NCBI GenBank assembly: GCA_049699975.1
Contig: JBNAWB010000001.1
Coordinates: 24,534 to 88,533 of the forward strand
DNA length: 64,000 bases
From: Thermodesulfobacteriota bacterium
Lineage (GTDB): Bacteria > Desulfobacterota > SM23-61
Reading direction: 5' to 3'
Shown here: in pieces, positions 1 to 9,954 of the stretch
How the letters are laid out: each line of letters opens with the position of its first letter
Numbering within the stretch: the stretch's first letter is position 1
Position numbers and translations under genes: made by a program
The notes under the pieces: model-generated
Told to the model about the DNA's origin: nothing
Database searches by the model: none
The model's input: only the letters and a program-made list of their open reading frames with translations

Positions 1-1
1 A

Positions 2-523
2 ATCCACCGTCGACTTACTTGGAAAAAGCTGAAAATGGCTGTCCTGCGCACATTAGGTGTGACCTGTATGGCCATGTGGATAGTAATCGGGGCTAAGTGT
101 TTTTCTTCTATCTATACGGCCGGCGGAGCTTCTGACTTTATCCTTTCTTTAGTTAAAGATCTCCAAGTCCCGCCCCTACTTATGATCGGCATTATGCAAT
201 TCATCTTTTTTATCTTAGGCATGTTTATCGACCCAGTGGGCATGTGCATGATCTGTTCTCCCGTCTTTCTCCCGATCGTGACTACACTCGGGTTTGACCC
301 TACTTGGTTTGGCATTCTTTTTATTTTAAATTGCGGGATGGCTTATATTACCCCTCCTTTCGGCTTTAATCTTTTCTACATGCGCGCCATAGTGCCAGAA
401 GATTGTAGTATGGGTGAAATATATAACTCCGTCTGGCCCTGGGTTATTTGTCAAGCAATAGTCTTGATTTTAGTCCTGCTCTTTCCCGAAATCGGTATGT
501 GGCTTCCCAACCGCATGAAATAA
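2..523 (+). CDS. TRAP-type C4-dicarboxylate transporter large permease (DctM family), C-terminal portion; 5' end lies outside the window
   Basis: The reading frame is open from the window edge. The product is hydrophobic and multi-TM, with a PPFGFNLFY motif typical of DctM C-termini. Confidence 0.55.
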   Translation: MHRRLTWKKLKMAVLRTLGVTCMAMWIVIGAKCFSSIYTAGGASDFILSLVKDLQVPPLLMIGIMQFIFFILGMFIDPVGMCMICSPVFLPIVTTLGFDPTWFGILFILNCGMAYITPPFGFNLFYMRAIVPEDCSMGEIYNSVWPWVICQAIVLILVLLFPEIGMWLPNRMK

Positions 524-644
524 AAACTTTCCCACATAATTATTTATCTTATTAGTTTTAAAGTTTGTCCATAAATTGACGATACCTTTTTGGGTAATCC
601 TTAAATTTTTTGGCGAATTCGTCAGATATACTAATGAGGGTAAT

Positions 645-1199
645 ATGGATGAACCCAAGAAAAGAATAAATTCGCAAAATGATTTAGAGAATAGTTCTCT
701 TGTTTCTGAAAATAAGGAAGCTACGCCGCTCGGTCCTCTTAAAAATAATAAAAAAAAGTTCTTAAAATTGGGATTAATTTTAATATTTTTAATTGCCAGT
801 GGAGTTGGGTTGGCTTTTTATTTTCAGCTAATAGAAATGCCTTCCCCAGCTAAAAATAAAGAAGCAAAAGCCAACGAGCCGGCTAAAGAAATTTCCGTAG
901 GACCCATGATTAAACTTAGTCCGCTTATTATAAATTTGAATGAAACAGAAGGTAGACATTTCCTTAAAGTCACTTTAGTTTTAGAAGCAGAGCAAGCTAA
1001 ATTTTTAGAGGAAATCCAAGCCAAAACTTCGCAAATTACCAATATGATTATAATCCATCTGAGTGATAAGAAACTTGCAGATATTCATCAGCGGGATGCT
1101 AAAGAAAATTTAAAAAAAGAACTTTTAGAAAAAATGTCTAACCTAATAGGCGGAGGGAAGGTCAAGCAAATTTATTGGGAAGAATTCATATACCAATAA
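645..1199 (+). CDS. fliL: Flagellar basal body-associated protein FliL (paralog 1)
   Basis: There is a single N-terminal TM segment, and the C-terminal FliL-like region (LIINLNETEGRHFLKVTLVLE...IYWEEFIYQ) resembles the second fliL at 13814. An AGGGT Shine-Dalgarno precedes ATG 645; the longer frame from 576 is less likely. Confidence 0.7.
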   Translation: MDEPKKRINSQNDLENSSLVSENKEATPLGPLKNNKKKFLKLGLILIFLIASGVGLAFYFQLIEMPSPAKNKEAKANEPAKEISVGPMIKLSPLIINLNETEGRHFLKVTLVLEAEQAKFLEEIQAKTSQITNMIIIHLSDKKLADIHQRDAKENLKKELLEKMSNLIGGGKVKQIYWEEFIYQ

Positions 1200-1361
1200 T
1201 AAGAGGAAAAATTTGCCTATCCTTATTTGTTGATTTTAAAAAGTCCGCTAAATAACCGCTAATGATCGTGGTCATGAATTTTTAAAAATTGATAATAATT
1301 AAAGCAATTTAAGATAAAAAATTAAAAAATAAAGGCGGTTAAAAAAAGCATTAAGTTTTTA

Positions 1362-1376
1362 GGCATATGAATTGCA
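1362..1376 (+). promoter_or_regulatory. Sigma-54 (-24/-12) promoter: aGGCATatgaaTTGCAt
   Basis: GG and GC elements are spaced exactly as in the TGGCAC-N5-TTGCA consensus. The site lies 35 nt upstream of ORF 1413. Confidence 0.6.
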
Positions 1377-1412
1377 TAGAAGATAATTGAATAAATTTTT
1401 GAGGAAGTGGCG

Positions 1413-1868
1413 ATGAAGATAAAAGGCCTTAGCGAAAATATAAATTCGCTATTAGCAGCAAAGAATAAAAAAAATATTTTGCCGGAGAAAACTAATTTTC
1501 AAGATGTGCTCCATAAAGCTTGCACGAATATTAAAGAGAATAAACCAGAAATCTCTTTTTTATGCCCAACATCAATTAACTTTCCTCAGCAAATAAATAC
1601 AAATAGGTTCATTATGAATTCCTGGGGAATAAAAACTATAGAAGATACTTTGGACCTCTTAGAAAATTATAAAGATCATCTTCTCAATCCTAACGTTTCC
1701 ACAGAAGAATTGAAAAAAGAATTAATTATTTTAAATAACAAAGCAGATGAAATGGGTCGCATCTTCCAGAGCGAAGGAGTTGACAAAGACCTCTTGAAAA
1801 TCGTAGAAGAAATTAAAATGCTTTCTAAGGCGGAAGTAGAAATAATTAATCGCGGAGATTATGATTGA
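1413..1868 (+). CDS. Hypothetical protein, first gene downstream of a sigma-54 promoter and upstream of the flagellar activator
   Basis: ORF with a GAGGAAG Shine-Dalgarno 7 nt upstream of ATG 1413. No recognisable family; C-terminus is acidic and predicted helical. Confidence 0.5.
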   Translation: MKIKGLSENINSLLAAKNKKNILPEKTNFQDVLHKACTNIKENKPEISFLCPTSINFPQQINTNRFIMNSWGIKTIEDTLDLLENYKDHLLNPNVSTEELKKELIILNNKADEMGRIFQSEGVDKDLLKIVEEIKMLSKAEVEIINRGDYD

Positions 1869-2230
1869 ATATATCCTCTGCCCTTTTTCTAAAACCCTCT
1901 TTTTTACCTCTTCTCTATCTTTTCTGAGAGCAAAAATTTTCAAAAAGTCAAAAATGTGACTCTCACTGAAAATATTTTTTTGACTATTTTGGGGAATTTT
2001 ACTTTTTGGACCGCACTTTAAATAGCCTAACTTTCGGTAATTAAATAATTCTTTATGAATGGCACAATAATTGCTGTCTAAATTAACCGACATTAACCGA
2101 CAGAAGTTTAGAAGATTTCAAAATTATCTTTAAGAAGCAATATTATCAACCATGATTGATAAATATGAAAGTCTTCTTTTAGATCCTTAATCCTGGATTA
2201 AATCAAATTTACTATTGGGGATAATTATCT

Positions 2231-3331
2231 ATGAATGGTCTGGAAACGGTTAATAAGGATGTAGAAGAAAGAAGTAGAGAAAAGAAGAGTTCTATCCCAA
2301 AATTATTTGCTGAAGCCTTACCAGAGGCCAATGGCCGCCAAATATTTAAAGAATTTTTAGCCGCCTTTTCCGGTTCTCCACCCCTTATTACTCAAAACAA
2401 GAAGATGCTGGAAATTCTTGCTTTATGTCAAAAAATTGCCTCCAGCAAAGCCACCGTTCTTCTGCAAGGCGAAAGCGGGACCGGAAAAGAACTTTTAGCT
2501 AAATATATCCATTCCTTAAGTCCGCGGAATAAAGGACCTTTTGTAGCGGTAAATTGTGCTTCTTTACCTGAGTCTTTATTAGAAAGTGAATTATTTGGCC
2601 ATGAGAAAGGTGCATTCACCGGAGCCATTGCCAAAAAAATAGGCAAGTTTGAGTTAGCTCATGGCGGAACCATCCTTTTGGATGAGATTAGTGAGATGAA
2701 TACTTTTCTCCAAGCCAAGATTTTAAGGGTGCTCCAAGAAAGCGAAGTGGACCGTATTGGTGGCCATCACCCTATTCCCATCGATATTCGAGTCATTGCC
2801 ACAACTAACCGGCATTTAGAGACCAGTGTGCAAAAAGGAGAATTTCGGGAAGATTTATATTATCGTTTGAATGTAGTTAATATAAAAATACCGCCCTTAA
2901 GAGAACGTCCCGAAGATGTTCCCCTCTTGGCCGATCATTATCTAAAATTTTACGCCCAAAATTATGGGCGGGCCGTGGAAAATATATCTCCCGCAGCCTT
3001 AGCTTGGCTCCAAAATCAGGAGTGGAAAGGTAATATAAGAGAACTTAAAAATAAAATAGAGTATGCGGTGCTGGTCACAAATAAGAACTTTTTAGATGTA
3101 GATGATTTTGCAGAAAAAGAAGGGACGCTGATTGAACCCAACCTCTTTCCCGCCCATGATTCTTTGTGCTTAAAAGATATGGAAAGGAGGTTAATTTTAA
3201 GAGCACTGGAGGCCACTAAAGGCAACCGCACGCAAGCTGCTAAAGTATTGGGGATCAGTATTAGAACATTAAGAAATAAGCTCAATGAATATAAAAAAGG
3301 TAATAGAGACTTAAAAATTTTTGAGGATTAA
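2231..3331 (+). CDS. Sigma-54-dependent transcriptional activator (bacterial enhancer-binding protein) lacking an N-terminal receiver/regulatory domain
   Basis: Walker A GESGTGKE, the GAFTGA sigma-54 contact motif and an R-finger region are present, followed by a C-terminal Fis-type HTH (TQAAKVLGISIRTLRNKL). Only about 55 aa precede the AAA+ core. Confidence 0.9.
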   Translation: MNGLETVNKDVEERSREKKSSIPKLFAEALPEANGRQIFKEFLAAFSGSPPLITQNKKMLEILALCQKIASSKATVLLQGESGTGKELLAKYIHSLSPRNKGPFVAVNCASLPESLLESELFGHEKGAFTGAIAKKIGKFELAHGGTILLDEISEMNTFLQAKILRVLQESEVDRIGGHHPIPIDIRVIATTNRHLETSVQKGEFREDLYYRLNVVNIKIPPLRERPEDVPLLADHYLKFYAQNYGRAVENISPAALAWLQNQEWKGNIRELKNKIEYAVLVTNKNFLDVDDFAEKEGTLIEPNLFPAHDSLCLKDMERRLILRALEATKGNRTQAAKVLGISIRTLRNKLNEYKKGNRDLKIFED

Positions 3332-3336
3332 TAAAA

Positions 3337-3753
3337 ATGAGCGAACTCTTAGGGAGAAAATTATTCGATAAAACCATTCTTTATCTCCAAAGGTCTTTGG
3401 GCTTGAGGACGTTAAACCAAAGAGTTATTAGCAATAATATTACTAACGCGCACACCCCTGGATACACTCCTAAAGAAATTCCTTTTCAAAGATTATTAGA
3501 TCAAGCTTTAGAAAAAGCTAATGGCCTTTTTATAGCTAAAACCAATGCCCAGCATTTGCCTAATTATCCTGAAGAGAGTTACCTGCTGGAGGCAATGGAA
3601 GAGAAACTTTCCTCGCTGCCTACTGATGAGGAAGTGCAGATAGAGAAAGAAATGGCTAAATTAGCTGCCAATAATCTCATGTTTCAAGCAGAAGTGCAAG
3701 CCCTTTTAAAGAAATTAGAAGCTTTGAAACTAACTATCTCAGAAGGGAGGTAA
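3337..3753 (+). CDS. flgB: Flagellar basal-body rod protein FlgB
   Basis: N-terminal rod motif (ISNNITNAHTPGYTPKE), appropriate size, and position immediately before flgC. Confidence 0.85.
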   Translation: MSELLGRKLFDKTILYLQRSLGLRTLNQRVISNNITNAHTPGYTPKEIPFQRLLDQALEKANGLFIAKTNAQHLPNYPEESYLLEAMEEKLSSLPTDEEVQIEKEMAKLAANNLMFQAEVQALLKKLEALKLTISEGR

Positions 3754-3760
3754 GCATTAT

Positions 3761-4267
3761 ATGAATTTATTAAGAGCCATGGCCATCAGTGCCAGCGGCC
3801 TGCAGGCCCAAAGATCGGTAATCAAAGCTACGGCTACCAACTTGGCGAATACCCAGACTATAAACCCGGAAAATGGGCTGCCCTACCCAAAAAAATCGGT
3901 CATCTTCTCTCCCCAAAATTATGGCCAGCCTTTTTTAGAAATTCTCCGAAGCAAATTGCCTTGGCCACAAAGCTTAGCTAGAACCCATATTGCCCATCTT
4001 CCCCCGTTAGAATTTTGGACTCCAGATTATGCGCCGCGACCTGAAGGTGTGACCGCGGAGATAATTACTGATCAGGAAGGATTCAAAAAAATATATGATC
4101 CTACTCACCCCCAGGCTGATGAACACGGATATGTTCTTTTGCCCGACATCAATTTGGTAGAAGAAATGGTCAAATTAATGATGGCCGTGCGGCAATACGA
4201 AGCGAATGTAACTTCATTTAACTCCATTAAAAATATGATCATGAAAGCTTTAGAAATTGGGAAGTAG
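3761..4267 (+). CDS. flgC: Flagellar basal-body rod protein FlgC
   Basis: N-terminal SASGLQAQRSVIKATATNLANTQT and C-terminal VEEMVKLMMAVRQYEANV rod-family motifs. Confidence 0.9.
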   Translation: MNLLRAMAISASGLQAQRSVIKATATNLANTQTINPENGLPYPKKSVIFSPQNYGQPFLEILRSKLPWPQSLARTHIAHLPPLEFWTPDYAPRPEGVTAEIITDQEGFKKIYDPTHPQADEHGYVLLPDINLVEEMVKLMMAVRQYEANVTSFNSIKNMIMKALEIGK

Positions 4268-4288
4268 AAAAAAATTCGAGGTGCGCAG

Positions 4289-4597
4289 ATGGATGATTTA
4301 AAAGTGCAAGGAGGTAGGCTTAAAAATTGGCCGGAATTACCAAATTTAAACAGCCCTTACCAAACCGATCAGAAATTTACTTTAGACTTTCAGGAATTTT
4401 TGCAAAAATCTCTGGCCGAAACAAATAGGGAAATGATCAAGAGCGATGAGCATATTAAAGAAATGATCGGGGGGCAAAAAGACGTACACGAGACTATGAT
4501 CGCCTTAGAGGAAGCAAACCTTTCCTTACGTTTACTGCTGCAAATAAGAAACAAGTTGCTTGCTGCTTATGAAGAGATTATGCGCCTGCAGTTCTGA
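4289..4597 (+). CDS. fliE: Flagellar hook-basal body complex protein FliE
   Basis: About 100 aa, with the conserved FliE C-terminus and a position between flgC and fliF. Confidence 0.8.
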   Translation: MDDLKVQGGRLKNWPELPNLNSPYQTDQKFTLDFQEFLQKSLAETNREMIKSDEHIKEMIGGQKDVHETMIALEEANLSLRLLLQIRNKLLAAYEEIMRLQF

Positions 4598-4609
4598 AAG
4601 GAGTAAGCT

Positions 4610-6247
4610 ATGGCGACATCTTTAATTGATCAAATGCAAAAACTCTTGAATTCTCCAACTAAAAATAGAAATTTAGCTGTCGCTTTAATCCTCATTTTAT
4701 CTTTGGTCAGTTTTGGTTCTTTAATTTATTGGAACAATACTCCTGACATGCAAATTTTGTTTACTAACCTTATGCCAGAAGATGCGGGAGAAATAGTGCA
4801 TAAATTAAAGGAGAAAAAGATTCCTTTTAAGATTGCCCATAATGGTACCGCCATCTTGGTTCCCCGAGATCAAGTCTACGATACTCGCCTGGCTTTAGCT
4901 TCGGAGGGCCTACCTAAAGGAGGAGGCATAGGATTTGAAGTTTTTGACCGCCAAAATTTAATTACCACAGATTTTATGCAAAAAATGAATTATCAAAGGG
5001 CGCTGCAGGGTGAGTTAAGTCGGACTATTAAACAAATTAAGGCGATAGAGCAAGTACGTGTCCATATTGTCACTCCTAAAGAATCGCTCTTTATCAGTGA
5101 ACAGAAAAAACCCACCGCGTCAGTATTTATTAAAACACGAGCAGGGGCCTCCTTAGAACCTGCCCAAGTAGAGGGGATTATCCATTTAATAGCCAGTTCA
5201 GTAGAAGGATTGGAACCGGGCAATGTAACTGTGGTCGATACTTCGGGAAAAATTTTATCCAAAAAAAGTCTCCCTAATTCTTTGGCTTCCTTAACAGCCA
5301 GCCAAATAGAATTTCAAAAGAATATTGAAGAAAGCTTAAAGAAAAAAGTGCAGACCATGCTGGAAAATGTTTTGGGAGCCCATAGAGTTATTGCCCAGGT
5401 TACCGCGGATATTGATTTCCAACAAGTGGATATATCGGAAGAAAAATTTGATCCCCAGGCTATAATCCGCAGTGAACAGAAGATAATCGAGCGCAATCTA
5501 ATGTCTTCAGGAGTGAAGAAAGGGGAGGAGGAGAAAGGTGTCCCACCGGATAAGGAAAAATCTTTAAACCCTCCCAAAGTTACGGGCGAGACAAGCGCCA
5601 ATAAAATGCTTAATAGCCCCTGGCCATTTAATGCTAATTCTTTAGAAAGGCAAAACGAAATTCGTAATTATGAGATCTCTAAGATAAATAAGCATATAAA
5701 AAATCCCGTGGGCACCCTAAAAAGACTCTCCGTAGCTGTAATGGTTGATGGCACTTATCAAGAAATGGTGGATAGCAAAGGTAAGAAAACCAAAAAGTAT
5801 TTACCTCGGCCCCCGGAAGAAATGAAAAGTTTGGAGAATATTGTTAAGAAAGCTGTGGGATTTAACCAAGAGAGAGGGGATCAATTAGAAATTATAAATA
5901 TGCCTTTTAATTTAGCCGCCAATGAAGAAGAAGAGATGAAAGCAGCTCCCCGGGAAAGTATCTGGAAGGAATATTTGCCCATCGCTTATAAACCGCTGAC
6001 CAGCTTAATTTTAGCAACCCTTTTTATCTTTTTCGTAGTTAGACCTCTTTTGAAGAGAATGTCGTTTTCCATGAAAGAAACTATGGCGCCGACAGAGCTT
6101 GCTCCTGTTCCAGCTATTGCACCAGAAACCGCCCCTGAACCGAAGCAATTGGACTTACGGACGCAAACTATAAAATTAGTAAAAGGAGATGCTGAACGGG
6201 CAGCAGGCGTAGTGAAGGCTTGGATCAACGAAAAAGGTGAGAGGTAG
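4610..6247 (+). CDS. fliF: Flagellar MS-ring protein FliF
   Basis: 545 aa with N- and C-terminal TM segments and the conserved YscJ/FliF core (EQVRVHIVTPKESLF, GLEPGNVTVVD). Confidence 0.9.
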   Translation: MATSLIDQMQKLLNSPTKNRNLAVALILILSLVSFGSLIYWNNTPDMQILFTNLMPEDAGEIVHKLKEKKIPFKIAHNGTAILVPRDQVYDTRLALASEGLPKGGGIGFEVFDRQNLITTDFMQKMNYQRALQGELSRTIKQIKAIEQVRVHIVTPKESLFISEQKKPTASVFIKTRAGASLEPAQVEGIIHLIASSVEGLEPGNVTVVDTSGKILSKKSLPNSLASLTASQIEFQKNIEESLKKKVQTMLENVLGAHRVIAQVTADIDFQQVDISEEKFDPQAIIRSEQKIIERNLMSSGVKKGEEEKGVPPDKEKSLNPPKVTGETSANKMLNSPWPFNANSLERQNEIRNYEISKINKHIKNPVGTLKRLSVAVMVDGTYQEMVDSKGKKTKKYLPRPPEEMKSLENIVKKAVGFNQERGDQLEIINMPFNLAANEEEEMKAAPRESIWKEYLPIAYKPLTSLILATLFIFFVVRPLLKRMSFSMKETMAPTELAPVPAIAPETAPEPKQLDLRTQTIKLVKGDAERAAGVVKAWINEKGER

Positions 6248-6251
6248 AAAC

Positions 6252-7271
6252 ATGGCCACCCAAACCATTACTGGACCGCAAAAAGCAGCCATCTTGTTGT
6301 ACAGCTTGGGAGAAGAGTTAGCCACAGAAATCGTGAAGAAGTTGGACGAGTCCGAAATAGAAAAGATTGGCCAATCCATGGCCAATATTTCCAGTATTTC
6401 TCCCGAGACAATAGAGACTATTTTAGGGGAGTTCCATCAATTAGCTGGTAAATCTTCTTTCCTGCCCCCGTTAAGCCCTGCGGGTAAAACTCTTTTTCTT
6501 AAGAATATTTTGACTAAAACTTTAAATGGCGAAAAAGCCCAAAGTCTCTTAGAAAAATTTAAAGAAGAGAAAAGATGGAATTTATTTAAAAAATTAAGCC
6601 AATTAGACTCCAGGGCTTTATTTAATTTCCTAAAAAATGAGCATCCGCAAATTATTGCGGTGATCTTGGTTCATCTGGATCCGCGGCAAGCCGCAGCAAC
6701 TTTAAGAGAATTTCCTAAGAATATGCAAGCAGAAATATTATACCGCATTTCCCAAACAGAAAACGTTTCCCAAAACATTTTGGAGGATATCGATCGTTCT
6801 TTGCAAAAAGAGATCATGCAGGTTGAGCATTTGGAAAGAGGGAAATTAGGTGGTATCCAATCGGTGGCCGAGATATTAAATCAAATGGATAGTGAGACGG
6901 AAGAAAATATCCTGCAGCAGATGGAAGAGTTTAAAAGCGGGATCGCGGAAGAAGTTAGAAAATTGATGTTTATCTTTGAAGATTTGGGAGAAATTGATGA
7001 CCGCAGTATGATGGCCATTTTAAAAGAGGTCAATAATGAGACGCTAAAATTGGCTCTTAAAACAGCCTCGGATAGATTGAAAGAAAAAATTTTCAAAAAT
7101 ATGTCGGAAAGAGCGGCCCAAATGTTGAAAGAGGATCTGGAAATAATGGGGCCAGCTCGCTTGAAAGATGTGGAAAATGCTCAACAGGAGATTATTAAGA
7201 TAGCTAAAAAGTTAGAGGCGGAAGGGAAAGTCATGTTGCTAAATAAAGGGAAGGAGGAAGTTTTTGTTTAA
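6252..7271 (+). CDS. fliG: Flagellar motor switch protein FliG
   Basis: FliG N-terminal, middle and C-terminal domains with the charged C-terminal helix region. ATG 6252 is preferred over the GTG at 6237. Confidence 0.9.
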   Translation: MATQTITGPQKAAILLYSLGEELATEIVKKLDESEIEKIGQSMANISSISPETIETILGEFHQLAGKSSFLPPLSPAGKTLFLKNILTKTLNGEKAQSLLEKFKEEKRWNLFKKLSQLDSRALFNFLKNEHPQIIAVILVHLDPRQAAATLREFPKNMQAEILYRISQTENVSQNILEDIDRSLQKEIMQVEHLERGKLGGIQSVAEILNQMDSETEENILQQMEEFKSGIAEEVRKLMFIFEDLGEIDDRSMMAILKEVNNETLKLALKTASDRLKEKIFKNMSERAAQMLKEDLEIMGPARLKDVENAQQEIIKIAKKLEAEGKVMLLNKGKEEVFV

Positions 7272-7983
7272 GAATTTGTCTTGGAGCAATACAAAAGATG
7301 AAGGAGAAAAGAAAGAAATTTCAGTAGATTACCGAAGGAGCCCTTTTGCGCCCAGCCCCATGGCTTGGCCCCGGATCAATCCCGGGATAAAAAATAACTT
7401 TCGCCCTGCTTATTGGGAAAAGTTGGAAAATGAGATAATCCAACAGGCTAAAGAGAAAGCCTTCTTTATAGAAAAAGAGGCTTATGAAAAAGGGTTTGTC
7501 CAAGGGGAAAAAAATGGTTGGGAGATGGCCCAAAAGAAATTAGCCGTTCTTTGGGATAATTTTCAAAAGCTCTTCCATGAATTGGAGAAGAAACTGGAAG
7601 AGCTTTATAGCCAAAATGAACGGGCATTGATCAAACTCGCTTTAGAGATAACTAAGAAAATATTACAACAAAACCACCTCCACTTAGAAGACACTATTGT
7701 AAAGACTTTATCAGCGGCCTGGCAATATGTAAAGGAAAATAAAAAAATTATAATCCATCTGCATCCCAAAGATTATGAATATCTAATGGCTAATTCCCCG
7801 CGATGGCCTTTTCCTTATGCCGAAAAAGAGTTGGGAAAAGTAGAATTGGTAGCCGATTCGACCATTTCCCGGGGGGGATGCTATTTGCAGACCGCTGTGG
7901 GAGATATTGATGCTACCTTAGAGACGCAATATGATCAACTTGTTTCTTTAATTTGGCAGAAAGTGAGCAAAGAAAGGGATTAG
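7264..7983 (+). CDS. fliH: Flagellar assembly protein FliH
   Basis: Lies between fliG and fliI, with a coiled-coil N-terminus and FliH/YscL-like C-terminus. The start (TTG 7264) is uncertain. Confidence 0.75.
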   Translation: MFKNLSWSNTKDEGEKKEISVDYRRSPFAPSPMAWPRINPGIKNNFRPAYWEKLENEIIQQAKEKAFFIEKEAYEKGFVQGEKNGWEMAQKKLAVLWDNFQKLFHELEKKLEELYSQNERALIKLALEITKKILQQNHLHLEDTIVKTLSAAWQYVKENKKIIIHLHPKDYEYLMANSPRWPFPYAEKELGKVELVADSTISRGGCYLQTAVGDIDATLETQYDQLVSLIWQKVSKERD

Positions 7984-7995
7984 GATAATAAGCGC

Positions 7996-9321
7996 ATGGA
8001 GCAGCATCCTAATTTTAATTGGCCAGCCATTTATGAGCAAATCCAGAAAGCGCAGCCTATAAAAAAATATGGTTGGGTCAATAGAGTTACGGGCATTATC
8101 ATTGAGGGGCGGGGCCCTCTTGCTGCCGTAGGCGACCTTTGCCGCGTAAAACTGAAAAATGGGGGCAAAGGGATATTTGCTGAAGTAGTGGGTTTTAAGG
8201 AAGATAGAACTTTATTGATGCCCTTGGAAGAGATAAGGGGCATTGAACCAGGCTGTCAGATAATTGCTAATGGCGCCGCTCCTCAAGGGCAAGTAGGTTT
8301 TGATCTTTTGGGAAGAGTGTTAGACGGCCTGGGCAACCCTTTAGATCAAAGAGGGCCTATTGTGGGCGATGGAGAATATCCCCTCTATGGGCAAACAATA
8401 AATCCGATATTGCGGCAAAGAATCTCTGCCCCCTTAGACGTAGGGGTTAAGGCCATAAATGCTTTATTAACTTTGGGCAAAGGGCAGAGAATTGGAATTT
8501 TTGCGGGTTCGGGGGTGGGGAAAAGTACTCTTTTAGGGATGATGGCCCGCCATACTAAAGCAGATATCAATGTCATTGCCCTAATAGGAGAGCGGAGCCG
8601 CGAAGTTCGGGAATTTATAGAAAAATGTTTAGGGGAAGAAGGATTAAAGAAATCAGTTCTGGTAGTAGCCACAGCCGACCAGAACCCCATAGTTAGAATG
8701 AGAGGAGCCTATCTAGCCACTACTATTGCGGAATATTTTCGTGATCAAAAAATGGATGTTCTTTTCATGATGGATTCTATAACCAGATTTGCGATGGCAG
8801 CGCGGGAAGTCGGTCTGGCTATTGGCGAACCGCCTACTTCGCGGGGGTACACGCCCAACGTTTTTACCCAACTTCCTAAACTATTGGAAAGAGCAGGAAC
8901 TTCGGCTAAGGCGGGCAGTATTACCGGCATTTATACCGTGCTGGTGGAAGGAGATGATTTAAATGATCCCATTGCCGATGCTATCCGCGCCATTGCCGAT
9001 GGTCATATCGTTCTCTCCCGGGAATTGGCCAACCAGAATCATTATCCGGCGATTGATATATTGGAAAGCATTAGCCGAGTCATGGTTGATATTGTTTCCC
9101 CAGAACAAATGGATTGGCGAAACAAGCTTGTTTCCTTAATGGCCGTCTATAAACGCGCTGAAGATTTGATTAATCTGGGTGCCTATAAAGATGGGAGCAA
9201 CGCGGCCATAGATTTGGCGCTGAAAAAGATGCCGCAAATTGCTCAGTTTTTAAAACAGGGTATATATGAAAAATTCTCTTATCCAGAATCTCTGGAGCTT
9301 TTGCGGGCAATTTTTGAGTAA
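7996..9321 (+). CDS. fliI: Flagellum-specific ATP synthase FliI
   Basis: Walker A GSGVGKST and an F1/T3SS ATPase fold (LTLGKGQRIGIFAGSGVGKSTLL). Confidence 0.95.
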   Translation: MEQHPNFNWPAIYEQIQKAQPIKKYGWVNRVTGIIIEGRGPLAAVGDLCRVKLKNGGKGIFAEVVGFKEDRTLLMPLEEIRGIEPGCQIIANGAAPQGQVGFDLLGRVLDGLGNPLDQRGPIVGDGEYPLYGQTINPILRQRISAPLDVGVKAINALLTLGKGQRIGIFAGSGVGKSTLLGMMARHTKADINVIALIGERSREVREFIEKCLGEEGLKKSVLVVATADQNPIVRMRGAYLATTIAEYFRDQKMDVLFMMDSITRFAMAAREVGLAIGEPPTSRGYTPNVFTQLPKLLERAGTSAKAGSITGIYTVLVEGDDLNDPIADAIRAIADGHIVLSRELANQNHYPAIDILESISRVMVDIVSPEQMDWRNKLVSLMAVYKRAEDLINLGAYKDGSNAAIDLALKKMPQIAQFLKQGIYEKFSYPESLELLRAIFE

Positions 9322-9329
9322 ATGAAGAA

Positions 9330-9776
9330 ATGAAATTTAAATACTCCCTGCAGAGCGTCTTGAATTTTAAGAAAGAATTGGAGGATTTTTCGCGCCTCCG
9401 CTTGAAAGAAGCTAGCGCTGCTTTAGAGAAAAGGAAAGAGGAGATGCAAACTCAGGTTCGGCAGCGCAATCGGTGGTTTACCAAATGGCAGGAGAAGAAC
9501 CTGCAGGGGATAGATGGGAGGGAGTATTTTTTATACCAAATTTTTAATGAACATTGGCGAGATAAAATCAAAATCATAGAACGAGAGCAGAAAGCGGCCG
9601 CACAAAAAATGGAATTAGAAAAGGAAAAATTAAAGACCATTCGCCAGGAAAGAGAAGTTTTAGAAAGATTAAAAGCAAAAAAATGGAGGCGATTTTGGCA
9701 AGAGATAAATAAAAAGGAACAGAAGGTAAATGATGAAATAGTGCTTTTCAAATATAATCCGCTGCTAAAAGAATGA
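9330..9776 (+). CDS. fliJ: Flagellar export protein FliJ
   Basis: About 148 aa, highly charged coiled coil, immediately after fliI. Confidence 0.75.
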   Translation: MKFKYSLQSVLNFKKELEDFSRLRLKEASAALEKRKEEMQTQVRQRNRWFTKWQEKNLQGIDGREYFLYQIFNEHWRDKIKIIEREQKAAAQKMELEKEKLKTIRQEREVLERLKAKKWRRFWQEINKKEQKVNDEIVLFKYNPLLKE

Positions 9777-9923
9777 GGAAAATATTTCTCTCGGGAAGTT
9801 ATTTAATTGGAAATTATTGCCTAAATTAAAAACAATTCCGGTTTACTTTCCCTCCTTAAACTTCTAACTAATTAAAATCATAAAATATTTTTTTAACCCA
9901 CCCTTAGGATTTTTTCTTTTTTT

Positions 9924-9939
9924 TGGCATTTTAATTGCT
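9924..9939 (+). promoter_or_regulatory. Sigma-54 promoter: TGGCATtttaaTTGCT
   Basis: Exact -24 GG to -12 GC spacing. The site lies 16 nt upstream of the fliK start. Confidence 0.65.
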
Positions 9940-9954
9940 CGAGCAGAAGGCATC

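Noticed and set aside
112-315. Antisense ORFs nested inside clearly annotated genes (e.g. 112-315, 824-1042, 2428-2646, 5314-5601, 8385-8690, 18497-18776, 28902-29291, 42836-43219, 57417-57782 and 63564-63812, all on the - strand)
   Set aside because: All are fully contained in strongly supported flagellar or chemotaxis genes on the opposite strand and lack Shine-Dalgarno sequences. Several are products of the Ala/Glu-rich MCP repeats read on the reverse strand. They are treated as non-coding.
576-644. Longer fliL start at 576
   Set aside because: The internal ATG at 645 has a good Shine-Dalgarno. The upstream extension adds an atypical hydrophobic leader before the FliL TM segment.
2094-2115. 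Possible CRISPR repeat
   Set aside because: There are only two 10-nt copies with no spacer, and no cas genes in the window. It is reported instead as a possible protein-binding direct repeat.
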